Source: Oscillospiraceae bacterium (GTDB taxonomy: Bacteria > Bacillota > Clostridia > Oscillospirales > CAG-272). Taken from it: a DNA stretch of 64,000 nucleotides. The notes below the pieces were generated by a model that was not told the DNA's origin, searched no databases, and saw nothing but the letters and a program-made list of their open reading frames with translations. Positions 18,171-27,728 of the stretch are shown here, in pieces. How positions within the stretch are numbered: position 1 is the first letter of the stretch; each line of letters starts with the position of its first letter. The stretch lies in assembly GCA_015064015.1 (NCBI GenBank), contig SVTB01000001.1, positions 2,762 to 66,761 on the forward strand, in the 5' to 3' direction. The position numbers were made by a program, and so were the translations under genes.

Positions 18171-20390
18171 TCAGCGATTCTCTCTCTTTTTGAGAAGAAG
18201 AGCGCCGCCGCAAAGAGCCATCAAGGTCATGGCGCTGATAGCCATAGCAGAAGCGCACCCGCCCTGGTCAGGTGTAGCGACCGTCGCATCGGGCTCGGTG
18301 ACTTCGGGAGTCGCAACGGGAGCTTCGGTGGGTACATCCGTGGGCGCGTCGGTAGCGACGGGTGCCTCGGTGAACGCATCCGTAGGCTCTTCGGTGGGGG
18401 CTTCGGTAGGCTCCTCAGTGGGCATCTCAGGCTCGGAAACCGCCACATTCTCTAATGTTAAGAAGTGGAGCAGCTTTTCGGTATTACCGGCGGCAACAAC
18501 ACCAAAGCGCAGGGTAACCGTCTCTGCATCAATGATGGAAAGATCGGCAGTAGCATCAGCAAATACAGCCTTGGCTCCAGCAGCAGAGGTCAGGTTGCCT
18601 GCGGTTGCCGCATTCTGAGCGATCTCATCGCTTGCATCCGAGCGAACGGTATTGGTGCAAGGATACCAAGTTTCACCGTCTACGGACCAGAACAGGTCAC
18701 CTTGTCCGCCGTTGACGAACACCCAGCCGCTGATTTTTACCTTTTTTTCCACGGCCGTCACGGTGTCGGAAACTACGGCAGGCTTGATGGAGGCAGCCTT
18801 TTCTGCGTCAGACCAAGAAGAGGTGTATTCGGGATCACGCAGACCCATGAGGTCGGCATATGCCACACCATTGATACTCTCGGTTTTACCAATATAACGG
18901 TAAGAATAAGAGGGAGTGGTCTTGAGCGCGCTGTCCTCAGGATTGGGCTCTTCGGGCTTATAGCCGCCCTCGGGATCGGGGAGAAAGGCCGTGTTATAGC
19001 TTTCCAAATTGCCGGGAGCAGCATCCACGCCCTCATACACGATGGCCAAGCCGTTGATAACGCCGCGAACGCTGTTGGCGCCGTCTACGGCGGCAGATCT
19101 GCGGACGTAGTTATCGCCGGACAGGGTCACCATGGTGGTAGATCCGCCTCCGTCAAAGAGAATGGCAGTCTTCAGACCCAGTTCTTCGCAAAGGCGGGAA
19201 AGATTCTCCATAGTACAAGAAGCGCGGGAACCATCGCCCTTGGGAGTGGTAGACACCAGCAAAGGAGAGCCGTCGGCGCGAAGGCCTACGATGGAGCAAG
19301 GATAGTTCGTCTTGTTGCCTTGCTGGCCGGTGTAGCGGCCGTTTTCAATCAAGGTGAAGAAGCCGGCGATCGCATCAGTCACGGTAACCCACTTTGCCTT
19401 CTGTGCGGAGCTCATGCTGTCGCTGTTCACCGAGCAGGCGAACATGATCTTGTCACCTACGCCATACTTGCCGTCGATATTCTTGATGCTGTTGCCGCGG
19501 GCGGAAATCACAATGGTGTTCTTGTCAATGGCGGGACGTTGGGTCTTGTCGCCGCTCTTGAAGATGTGGGTAACCGTACCCGTCACGGTTTCGCTGAGAG
19601 AAAACGCGGTATCAGCTGCATTGACGTAAATTTCATAGGCATCTTCAAAAGCCATGGACACGTCACCGCCGCGCTGGTTATAGATAATGATAGAGTTGGG
19701 CGCAGGCAGACGGTTGATGCCTTGAGCAGAAACGACAGAGCCCGAGCCTGTATTGGTCATCTTGATACCAATGCTGGGCTTACCGATCATATAAGAGCCG
19801 TCGGGCAGCACGGCAAACACCGGGCCGAGAGACGCGGGTGTGCCGCGCTCCACATTGTCCTTCTTCGCCAGGTTGTTTTCATCGTTGATCTGTGCGGTAG
19901 CCCAAATCTCGCCGTCAATGATCTGCAGACCACGGGACACGGATACGTGCTTGACAGCGGGGCCGCTGGCGGCTTCGCCGTCACCGTCATAGTCGGTGTG
20001 GTAAACGATCCAAGGGTCGCCGTTGACAGCGGCCAGCACGGTAGAGTCGGTGTGCGTCTCGTTGTACTTGAGAGCCGAATTACCCATGGTCGCACGGCTC
20101 CAGTTGTAGGTGCCGCCATTGAGTACCTTAAAGGTAACACCGACGGCGTCATTGACATCAATGACGTTTAAAAGACCCTCGCGGGAAAGGCTATATTTAG
20201 AGCCCGAGGTCAAGGTCATCTGGGTAAGGGTTACACCCGTATCCTTACCATTCAACTTGATATTTTCGGCGTGAATTACATCGGCACCTGTGATGGGGTC
20301 AACCGCAGACACCGACAGCATCATGGCGAAGATGCCCAGCACAAGGGACAGCGCCATAACGAGAGACAAACATTTGATGTTTCTTTTCAT
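18171..20390 (-). CDS. surface protein with a phosphodiester glycosidase (NAGPA/DUF2233) domain, PT-rich linker and GGC-TM-KKR C-terminal tail
   Basis: ORF 18171..20423 (GTG) trimmed to ATG 20390, with AAAGGA upstream. Signal peptide MKRNIKCLSLVMALSLVLGIFAMMLSVSA. LAAVNGDPW and ILFDGGGSTTMV are typical of the NAGPA family. Linker PTEEPTEAPTEEPTD. Tail QGGCASAMAISAMTLMALCGGALLLKKRENR. Confidence 0.8.
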   Translation of the reverse strand: MKRNIKCLSLVMALSLVLGIFAMMLSVSAVDPITGADVIHAENIKLNGKDTGVTLTQMTLTSGSKYSLSREGLLNVIDVNDAVGVTFKVLNGGTYNWSRATMGNSALKYNETHTDSTVLAAVNGDPWIVYHTDYDGDGEAASGPAVKHVSVSRGLQIIDGEIWATAQINDENNLAKKDNVERGTPASLGPVFAVLPDGSYMIGKPSIGIKMTNTGSGSVVSAQGINRLPAPNSIIIYNQRGGDVSMAFEDAYEIYVNAADTAFSLSETVTGTVTHIFKSGDKTQRPAIDKNTIVISARGNSIKNIDGKYGVGDKIMFACSVNSDSMSSAQKAKWVTVTDAIAGFFTLIENGRYTGQQGNKTNYPCSIVGLRADGSPLLVSTTPKGDGSRASCTMENLSRLCEELGLKTAILFDGGGSTTMVTLSGDNYVRRSAAVDGANSVRGVINGLAIVYEGVDAAPGNLESYNTAFLPDPEGGYKPEEPNPEDSALKTTPSYSYRYIGKTESINGVAYADLMGLRDPEYTSSWSDAEKAASIKPAVVSDTVTAVEKKVKISGWVFVNGGQGDLFWSVDGETWYPCTNTVRSDASDEIAQNAATAGNLTSAAGAKAVFADATADLSIIDAETVTLRFGVVAAGNTEKLLHFLTLENVAVSEPEMPTEEPTEAPTEEPTDAFTEAPVATDAPTDVPTEAPVATPEVTEPDATVATPDQGGCASAMAISAMTLMALCGGALLLKKRENR

Positions 20391-20439
20391 TGTTGCGATC
20401 CTTTCGCTTATTTTTTCAAACACAGTATTTCGTCCCTGA

Positions 20440-20481
20440 CGGATTCAAGGGAAAGCCTTTCTTTTAAAAGACCTTCCCTTG
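20440..20481 (-). repeat. palindrome-plus-tail repeat family, degenerate copy G
   Basis: Minus strand reads CAAGGGAAggtcttttaaaagaaaggcTTTCCCTTG followed by AATCCG. Begins 3 nt after the stop at 20484. Outer 8-bp arms are perfect. Confidence 0.5.
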
Positions 20482-20483
20482 GG

Positions 20484-20786
20484 TCATAGCACCATCATAG
20501 CCGGACTCAGTCCACCCATAAGAATCCACAAAATCAAGAACACAAGGCAAATAATACCCAACGTAATGAGCATAGGCACGAACATCATTTTCACAGCGCC
20601 GAAATAAGTCGATGAACATTCCTGAAATCGATTCATGGGCTTGCCGCGCTTGGTCAGGGGCTTTTGTTTATTCGGACGGTTACCGCCCAAGCCCTTCCCT
20701 ACCGGCGACATATCCACTACGGTGGAGCCGTCATCGATCCAGGTGATCTTTTCGCACTTTTTTTTAATGTTTTTCTTTTTGCTCAT
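20484..20786 (-). CDS. small hypothetical membrane protein at the 3' end of the Opp-type operon
   Basis: 100 aa. Lys-rich N-terminus and one C-terminal TM helix (MMFVPMLITLGIICLVFLILWIL). Start is 6 nt after the ATPase stop. Confidence 0.55.
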   Translation of the reverse strand: MSKKKNIKKKCEKITWIDDGSTVVDMSPVGKGLGGNRPNKQKPLTKRGKPMNRFQECSSTYFGAVKMMFVPMLITLGIICLVFLILWILMGGLSPAMMVL

Positions 20787-20792
20787 AACACA

Positions 20793-21779
20793 TCAGGTAT
20801 CCAACAGATGGCAAGCCGCGAAGTGGCCGGGCTCGTATTCACGGTATACAGGCACGTCGGTCTTGCATCTCTCGGTGGCGTGGGGACAACGGGTATGGAA
20901 GCGACAACCCTTGGGAGGATTGGCGGGCGAGGGAATGTCTCCCTTCAGCACGATGCGCTCCATCTTCTTGTCGGGATCGGGGTTGGGAATGGCGGAAAAC
21001 AGTGCTTGGGTATAGGGATGCAGGGGATTAGAGAAGATATCTTTCTTATTACCAAACTCCACCATACTACCCAAATACATAACACCGATCTTGTCAGAGA
21101 TAAACTTAACCACCGACAGGTCGTGGGAAATGAACAGATAGGTTAGGCCCCTCTCTTTCTGCAGCTTTTTGAGCAGATTAATGATCTGTGCCTGAATGGA
21201 CACGTCCAGCGCCGACACAGGCTCGTCGCACACCACCAACTTGGGGTTGACGGACAAGGCGCGAGCAATACAGATTCTCTGACGCTGACCGCCCGAAAAC
21301 TCATGGGGATAGCGCTCGTAGTAATAATCGCGGAGACCGCATTGCTCCATGAGCTTGAGAACGTAATTCTTTACCTCGAAGGGGGGAACGATCTTATGCA
21401 CCCTGACGGGCTCAGACAGAATATCGCCTACGGTGGCTCTGGGCGGCAGGGAGGAATAAGGATCCTGGAAAATAATCTGCATCTCGGTGCGCAAGGAACG
21501 CATCTGAGAATTTTTATAGTTGGTGATATCCTTGCCGTCAAAAATGATCTGTCCTCCGCTGGCGGGATGGAGCTTTAAGATGGTACGTCCCATGGTGGTC
21601 TTACCGCAACCCGATTCTCCGACGATACCCAAGGTCTCGCCCGGGTGGAGCTCGAAGGACACGTTATCCACGGCGATGAGCTCTTGCTCTACCTTACCCA
21701 TGAGAGACTTCTTGATGGGAAAGGCTTTTCTTAAATTGCGCACCTCCAGAATGGGGGCATCATTCATATGATCAGCCAT
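20793..21779 (-). CDS. oligopeptide/dipeptide ABC transporter ATP-binding protein (OppF/DppF type)
   Basis: 328 aa. Walker A GESGCGKTT, signature FSGGQRQRI, Walker B VCDEPVSALD. C-terminal oligo_HPY-type tail GCRFHTRCPHATERC..ACHL. Confidence 0.92.
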   Translation of the reverse strand: MADHMNDAPILEVRNLRKAFPIKKSLMGKVEQELIAVDNVSFELHPGETLGIVGESGCGKTTMGRTILKLHPASGGQIIFDGKDITNYKNSQMRSLRTEMQIIFQDPYSSLPPRATVGDILSEPVRVHKIVPPFEVKNYVLKLMEQCGLRDYYYERYPHEFSGGQRQRICIARALSVNPKLVVCDEPVSALDVSIQAQIINLLKKLQKERGLTYLFISHDLSVVKFISDKIGVMYLGSMVEFGNKKDIFSNPLHPYTQALFSAIPNPDPDKKMERIVLKGDIPSPANPPKGCRFHTRCPHATERCKTDVPVYREYEPGHFAACHLLDT

Positions 21780-22995
21780 GATACTCCTCCTCTCCGTACA
21801 GGTGACAAGACACGAAATGGGTGGGGCTGACTTGGATCATCCCGGGATAATCCCCCGAACACTTGCGTATACACTTGTCACAGCGCTCCTTGAAATAGCA
21901 ATGGTTGGGCATATTCACAGGGTTAGGGACATTGCCGGGGATGTTGAACAGCGTATCGGAATCCGAGTCCATGGTGGGCTTGGATTTTTGCAGACCGATG
22001 GTGTAGGGATGGCGGGGATCGTGGAAGATCTCCTGCACGGTTCCCTTCTCAATGACACGGCCGGCGTACATGACCACAACATAATCCGCCATTTCCGCGA
22101 TCACGCCAAGATCGTGGGTGATGAGCATAATGGATCCGTTGATTTTGTCCTTGAGGTCGCGAAGCAGATCCAGAATCTGCGCCTGAATGGTTACATCCAA
22201 GGCAGTAGTAGGCTCGTCTGCAATAATAAGGCGGGGATTGCAGGCCAACGCCATGGAAATCATGACACGCTGACGCATACCGCCCGACAACTCGTGGGGG
22301 AAGGCATCGTACACCCGCTCCGGGGCGGCGATACCTACCAGCTTGAGCATTTCCATGGAGCGGTTCTTGGCCGTCTCCTTGGTGGCACCGGGGGTATGGA
22401 TAAAGGTGACCTCGTCCAGCTGGTTACCAATGGTAAACACGGGGTTGAGGGAGGTCATGGGCTCCTGGAAGATCATGGAGATCTGGCGGCCGCGGATACG
22501 ATGAATCTCGCTCATGGGCATTTCCGCAATATCAAACACCTTGTCCTCCATCTCGTAGATGGGGTTACCGTTGGCATCCTTTTCCCCCGTGGGAATGGTA
22601 TTGCCGTGGGCATCACGCTTGAAATCGTGGGAATTGAAACGGATATGGCCGGAATAGATCTGACCTTGGGGCCCTTGGAGCAGGCGCATCACCGACATAC
22701 TGGTGACAGACTTACCACATCCCGACTCGCCTACGACGCCCACCACGGCATTACGGGGTACATCGAAAGACACGCCATTGACGGCCTTGACCACACCCTG
22801 ATCTGTGAAGAAGTAGGTGTGTAGATCCTCGATCTCCAAAATATTAGAAGAATCCCGCATCGCGGTCACATACTCGAATTCCTGCGCCCTGCGATACTTT
22901 TTTTTCTCTAACTCGTTCATGATCTTACGGTTAGACTTAGCAATAGCACGAATCTCTTTGCCGGATAAATAATGAGACTGTTTCTTTTCTGCCAT
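21772..22995 (-). CDS. oligopeptide ABC transporter ATP-binding protein (OppD type) with an N-terminal extension and an internal insertion
   Basis: 407 aa. Walker A GESGCGKSV, signature LSGGMRQRV, Walker B IADEPTTALD. About 50 aa of basic N-terminal extension. About 30 aa inserted after the Q-loop region (NSHDFKRDAHGNTIPTGEKDANGNPIYEMED). Cys-rich tail CYFKERCDKCIRKC. Confidence 0.9.
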   Translation of the reverse strand: MAEKKQSHYLSGKEIRAIAKSNRKIMNELEKKKYRRAQEFEYVTAMRDSSNILEIEDLHTYFFTDQGVVKAVNGVSFDVPRNAVVGVVGESGCGKSVTSMSVMRLLQGPQGQIYSGHIRFNSHDFKRDAHGNTIPTGEKDANGNPIYEMEDKVFDIAEMPMSEIHRIRGRQISMIFQEPMTSLNPVFTIGNQLDEVTFIHTPGATKETAKNRSMEMLKLVGIAAPERVYDAFPHELSGGMRQRVMISMALACNPRLIIADEPTTALDVTIQAQILDLLRDLKDKINGSIMLITHDLGVIAEMADYVVVMYAGRVIEKGTVQEIFHDPRHPYTIGLQKSKPTMDSDSDTLFNIPGNVPNPVNMPNHCYFKERCDKCIRKCSGDYPGMIQVSPTHFVSCHLYGEEEYHG

Positions 22996-22998
22996 GGT

Positions 22999-24093
22999 TT
23001 ACCTCCTCATCTTGGGGTCAAGGGCATCTCGCAGGCCATCGCCGACAAAGTTAAAGCCAAGCACGGCAATGATGATGCAGATACCGGGAGGTCCCCATAC
23101 GTTAAAGTAGTTTTTCAGAATATTGGGATCCTCTGCCACAATGTTAATCATGGTTCCCCAGGCAGCGTAAGGCGCGCGGACGCCCATGTTCAAGTAGGAG
23201 AGGGAAGCCTCATACAGGATCATGCTACCCAAAGACAGAGTCATAGACACAATGAGCTGGGGCATGACATTGGGGATCAGGTGCTTGAATATTTTACGAG
23301 GCACCGAATAACCCATCGCCTCAGCGGCCACCATGTATTCCTGCTCACGCAAGGACAGGATTTGGCCGCGCACCAAGCGGGCCGTACCCGGCCAGGAAAA
23401 CAGCGTCAGATAGGCCATCAGGTAGTAAATACGGTGCTGAGATTCCACGTCAGCGGCATCCAGCAGCGTACCGATGATCAACAAAATGGGGAATCCGGGC
23501 AGGCACATCAAAACGTCGCAAACTCTCATGATGACATTGTCCACCACGCCTCCGAAATAGCCGGCAATACCGCCGAAGACGATACCGAACAACGTGATGG
23601 CAAACACAGCGATAAAGCTGACCATCAAAGAGATACGCCCACCATACATGAGACGGGTAAAGACATCTCGACCGTACTTGTCCGTACCCAGGAAATGTCT
23701 TCCGTCGGGCTTGGCCAATGAGTTAACACCCTTGCCGGTTTCGACTACCTGGATGAAGGTATACTCTTCCCCGTCCACAGTAAAGGTAACCTCCTGCTGG
23801 GTGATCTCCAGCTTGCCCTCGTCCTGCTGCGTCTCACCCCAGGCGGTATACACCAGAGGGCCCAACCAGCAGAAGATGAATAGGCCGACCACCATCACCA
23901 ATCCCACAACGCTCAGTTTGGAACGGAAGAAACGGCGCATGACCATGCGACCGGGAGACATCAGGCGTACATTTTTGTCCAAAGGCTCGGTGTCCTCAAG
24001 GGTATCCGGGGTTTTCAGAAGTTCCTCGGCTACGGCCTCGGTCTGCGCGGGATATTTATTTGATTGACTCATATCTCTCGCCTCCTTAACCAA
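22999..24093 (-). CDS. oligopeptide ABC transporter permease (OppC type)
   Basis: 364 aa. OppC_N-like extracytoplasmic loop (HFLGTDKYGRDVFTR), then a BPD_transp_1 core with AAEAMGYS. 8-nt overlap with the upstream gene. Confidence 0.9.
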   Translation of the reverse strand: MVKEARDMSQSNKYPAQTEAVAEELLKTPDTLEDTEPLDKNVRLMSPGRMVMRRFFRSKLSVVGLVMVVGLFIFCWLGPLVYTAWGETQQDEGKLEITQQEVTFTVDGEEYTFIQVVETGKGVNSLAKPDGRHFLGTDKYGRDVFTRLMYGGRISLMVSFIAVFAITLFGIVFGGIAGYFGGVVDNVIMRVCDVLMCLPGFPILLIIGTLLDAADVESQHRIYYLMAYLTLFSWPGTARLVRGQILSLREQEYMVAAEAMGYSVPRKIFKHLIPNVMPQLIVSMTLSLGSMILYEASLSYLNMGVRAPYAAWGTMINIVAEDPNILKNYFNVWGPPGICIIIAVLGFNFVGDGLRDALDPKMRR

Positions 24094-25078
24094 GCTTAAC
24101 TCTGGGATCTACCACTGCATACATCAGGTCTGCCAACAGCACACCCAGCACGCTGAGTAGCGCCAGGAACATATTGTAGCCCATGATGAAGGGGATGTCC
24201 GCCACAATCATGGCCTTGTAAGCGATGTTACCGATACCGGGCAGGTCAAAGACCTGCTCGGTAATGATAGCACCCGAAAACAGCGACGGCAGAAGTCCTG
24301 CCAAAGAGGTGACCAAAGGAATGAGAGTATTACGAAAAGCGTGCTTGTAAATAACCTTGCTCTCCTTCAGGCCCTTGGCGCGTGCTGTACGGATATAATC
24401 CGAATTCAGCACCTCCAGCATATTGGTGCGGGTCATTCTCATACGGGCGCCGATACTTAGAATGACCACCGTCAAAACAGGAATAAACATATGCCTGAGG
24501 TAATCAAGGAAGAGAGACACGCCCGTGTAGGATTGTGTGGCATCCACCAGGCCCGACGGTGGGAACCACCCCATCTTATTGGCAAGCAGATCCTTCAGCA
24601 CTTGTCCAAAGAAGAACGCGGGCAAGGAAATACCCACCATGACGAGCACCGTCACAAGGTAATCGCGGAAGGAATACTGATGGGTCGCGGCGGTGATGCC
24701 CAAGGGAATGGCGATCATAAACTCAAAGATCGTTGCAATAAAAGCCACCGCGAAAGAAATTCCCATATGATCGCGGATAACGTCAATGACAGGGGAGCCG
24801 TACTTAAAACTGGTACCGAAATCAAAGCGACACAGCTTTACAAGCCAGTTGCCGTAGCCCTTGATGATACCGATGAAGCTGTCGTCTTCCAAGCCGTAGA
24901 GAATCTTCATGTTCTCCACCGTTGCCTCGTCGATAACAGCTCCGCCCTGGTTCATGGCGGCCACCTTGTCTTCAATGAAGTTCACGGGCATGGATCTGAC
25001 CAACACGTAGATGATCAGAGACACCCCCAAAAGGATCAGCACCGACAGGGCCAATCTTTTAATAATGTATTTAATCAT
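24086..25078 (-). CDS. oligopeptide ABC transporter permease (OppB type)
   Basis: 330 aa. MIKYIIKRLALSVLILLGVSLIIYVL is a typical OppB N-terminus. DYIRTARAKGL EAA loop. Confidence 0.92.
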   Translation of the reverse strand: MIKYIIKRLALSVLILLGVSLIIYVLVRSMPVNFIEDKVAAMNQGGAVIDEATVENMKILYGLEDDSFIGIIKGYGNWLVKLCRFDFGTSFKYGSPVIDVIRDHMGISFAVAFIATIFEFMIAIPLGITAATHQYSFRDYLVTVLVMVGISLPAFFFGQVLKDLLANKMGWFPPSGLVDATQSYTGVSLFLDYLRHMFIPVLTVVILSIGARMRMTRTNMLEVLNSDYIRTARAKGLKESKVIYKHAFRNTLIPLVTSLAGLLPSLFSGAIITEQVFDLPGIGNIAYKAMIVADIPFIMGYNMFLALLSVLGVLLADLMYAVVDPRVKLG

Positions 25079-25104
25079 AATTCATTTCTCCCGACAGGTT
25101 AGTA

Positions 25105-27684
25105 TCAGTCGGCGAATTCGATTTCCCAAATACGATCCAGAGGAGAGGTGTAGGGGTTGAGATCAGCGGCGCTGGGAATAGAATCAGCCTTGATGATCTT
25201 TGCGTCGTAAGCATACAATACCTTTCTCTGGTAAACAGGCAGTTCCACAGCCAAATCCAGCACCTTGCTCATAGCCTGCTTGTAAAGGTCGGTACGGATG
25301 GTTTTATCTTCGGTCTCGCGGGCGCTGTCAATGAGCTCACTGAGGGTATTCAAGATCTGAGTCTCCTCAGGATAGGAGGCAGGAGATGCCAGAATCTCAC
25401 GGTAACCCCAAGCCAGCGTGCTGGTGGCAGAAGAGTTTTTGTGGTAAACCTGATACATATCGGGGTCAATGGTGGAGCCCCAAGCGGCGGCCCAAACAGA
25501 CAGAGAACCGGTGGAGAGCTTGGTCAAAGCCTGGGTGTCGGGCACCACTTCGATATCCCAACCACACTCATTGAGCAGATCAGCGGCGGTCTGGAAGGTC
25601 TGGTAAGTAGGGTGCTCGGTCAGGTTGGCACCTGCAATGGTAAAGTCGATGGACAAAGAAGCGTCACCTGCGGAAACGCCGGCAGCCTCCATGTAGTCCA
25701 AAATGGCCGTCTTGGCCTCTTCTCTGTTGAAGCGGATGGCAGGATAGCTGTGGAAGTTATCACGGCTGTTATTACCGCTGTCATCCTTGGGATAAGCCCA
25801 AGAAACGGTGGACATAGGCCAATAGATAGTCTCAGCCGTACCGGTGGAATAGTAGGACAGGGCCATGCTGGTATCCATAGCTGTCATAATGGCCTTACGG
25901 ATATTGATGTTGGGCACCTTGCCTGCGTTGATACCGATATAGCCGTAACCCAGCTGATCGGTGTAAGCCTTTTCGATCCCCTTGGAAGCCATGCCGTTGA
26001 TACGGTCGATATTATCCTGGGTAAACTGGGGAGTTACGAAGTGAACCGAGCCGGACTCCAAAGCGTTCAGGGCGTTAGCGGCGCTGACTACCTGATATCT
26101 GATCTTCTCGATCTTGGGCTGACCCATGAGGAAGTGCTGGCTGGCCTTGAAGTAAACCACGTTGTTGCTGAAGAACTCGGTGCCGGAGGGGTTGTCGCCG
26201 TTCTGGCTGTTGGTAGCCACGTACGCGCCTGCACCCATGGGAACCTTGATGTTACGAGAGGACTGAAGCACGTCGGTGTGGAACTCAAAGGATCCGTATG
26301 CCACGCCGAACTTGTTGTTGGGAATGTCTACTTCGTAGCCCTCAGCGTAGTAATGCTGAGGAGCCACGGCGAAAGCAAAGTTCCAAATCGCCTTGGGGTC
26401 AACACCGTTGATGGTGATTTCCAAAACGTCGTATTCGCCTTCGTTTTTAACAGTACCGTCAGCATTGTGCTCGTGAGCCACGGTGTAGGTGCCGCCGTTG
26501 GCGGTAACGGAGGTTTTATCAGAGGTGTGGCCCAGGGAAACGATACCCGAAACGTTGGGGATGGCCAGCTGGCCGTCTTTTACGTTCTCGTGGAGGATAA
26601 CTTCCTTGGCCTGAGCGGTGTACTCGGTCATGAGCTTCTGCGCGGTAGCCCAGTACATGAGGATGAGGTGCAGCTCCTGCTCCACCTTAGAATCGTATAC
26701 ATACTTGATAGCGGATTCCTTATCCTTTACCACATCGGGGTTGTAGAGACGGATCACTTCCTTGATCTTGGACTTGATATCCTTGTTATTCTCGTCCTTC
26801 TCGTATTCGATATTGACGTAGCCCTCGGCATACATGAAGGAGGTCACCTCATCAAACTCACCGGTGGACTTATAGGGCTCCTCCAGGTAAGCTTCCTTGG
26901 CAGAAGCATAGTCGGTGTTCAGCTCTTCCTTAAAGTACTGCAGGGTCTTTTCATAGTCGGCCTTCAGTTGATCCACAGTAACGGAGGCGGCATCGTTGGC
27001 TACAGCCTCCTTATAACCGTTGGACAGGCTATGGGTGTTGATAGCGTCGATCATCTGTGCATAGGTAGCGCTGTAAGAGCCCTGGGTTTGGGTTTTGCCT
27101 ACCTGCATATACAGGTTGATGAGCTCGTTGATTCTGTTCTTGGCACGAGCGGTAGCATTTTGGGAAATGGTATCGTCGGTGTTGGTAGAACCCGAACCCA
27201 GCACCTGAGTACGGTAATCCTGCAAACCTACGATATCGGTGGAATACATGGTGTTGGAGCCGGTGTATACGGGATCCAGATACACATACAGGTTGAACAG
27301 AACGTCCTCGATGGTCAAGGGGTGACCGTCTGAGAACTTGATGCCGTTCTTGATAACGAAGGTATAGGTGGTCTGATCCTTCGCGGAGTCATAGTTCACG
27401 GCGTAATCCTTGACAACTACGGCGTGTCCGTCACCACAAGCAACCTTAACCTCGCCGCCCACATAATCCGTGGTCAGCATACTGATCTGGGTCATGCCCA
27501 CGATGGTACCGTCGGGGGCGGTGGTCGAATAGAAGGGGTTGAACAAGCCGTCCAGCTCTTCGGTCATGATAACCAGCGCGTCGGGCTTGCCTTTGCTCTG
27601 CTCCCCTGCGCAGGATGCAAACATGGCCACACAGCCAAGAAGCATGGACAAGCAAAGGACCAGACTGATGATTCTTGTCTTCAT
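25105..27684 (-). CDS. unusually large (859 aa) family-5 (OppA-like) substrate-binding lipoprotein
   Basis: ORF 25105..27729 trimmed to ATG 27684, with GGAGG upstream. Lipobox MFASCAG. The SBP_bac_5-like N-terminal region (FNPFYSTT..KFSDGHPLTIEDVLFN) is interrupted by a helical Lys/Glu-rich insertion of about 230 aa. Confidence 0.85.
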   Translation of the reverse strand: MKTRIISLVLCLSMLLGCVAMFASCAGEQSKGKPDALVIMTEELDGLFNPFYSTTAPDGTIVGMTQISMLTTDYVGGEVKVACGDGHAVVVKDYAVNYDSAKDQTTYTFVIKNGIKFSDGHPLTIEDVLFNLYVYLDPVYTGSNTMYSTDIVGLQDYRTQVLGSGSTNTDDTISQNATARAKNRINELINLYMQVGKTQTQGSYSATYAQMIDAINTHSLSNGYKEAVANDAASVTVDQLKADYEKTLQYFKEELNTDYASAKEAYLEEPYKSTGEFDEVTSFMYAEGYVNIEYEKDENNKDIKSKIKEVIRLYNPDVVKDKESAIKYVYDSKVEQELHLILMYWATAQKLMTEYTAQAKEVILHENVKDGQLAIPNVSGIVSLGHTSDKTSVTANGGTYTVAHEHNADGTVKNEGEYDVLEITINGVDPKAIWNFAFAVAPQHYYAEGYEVDIPNNKFGVAYGSFEFHTDVLQSSRNIKVPMGAGAYVATNSQNGDNPSGTEFFSNNVVYFKASQHFLMGQPKIEKIRYQVVSAANALNALESGSVHFVTPQFTQDNIDRINGMASKGIEKAYTDQLGYGYIGINAGKVPNINIRKAIMTAMDTSMALSYYSTGTAETIYWPMSTVSWAYPKDDSGNNSRDNFHSYPAIRFNREEAKTAILDYMEAAGVSAGDASLSIDFTIAGANLTEHPTYQTFQTAADLLNECGWDIEVVPDTQALTKLSTGSLSVWAAAWGSTIDPDMYQVYHKNSSATSTLAWGYREILASPASYPEETQILNTLSELIDSARETEDKTIRTDLYKQAMSKVLDLAVELPVYQRKVLYAYDAKIIKADSIPSAADLNPYTSPLDRIWEIEFAD

Positions 27685-27728
27685 TTTTCTTTCCTCCAAA
27701 TATAATAATACAAAATAATAACGGTACA

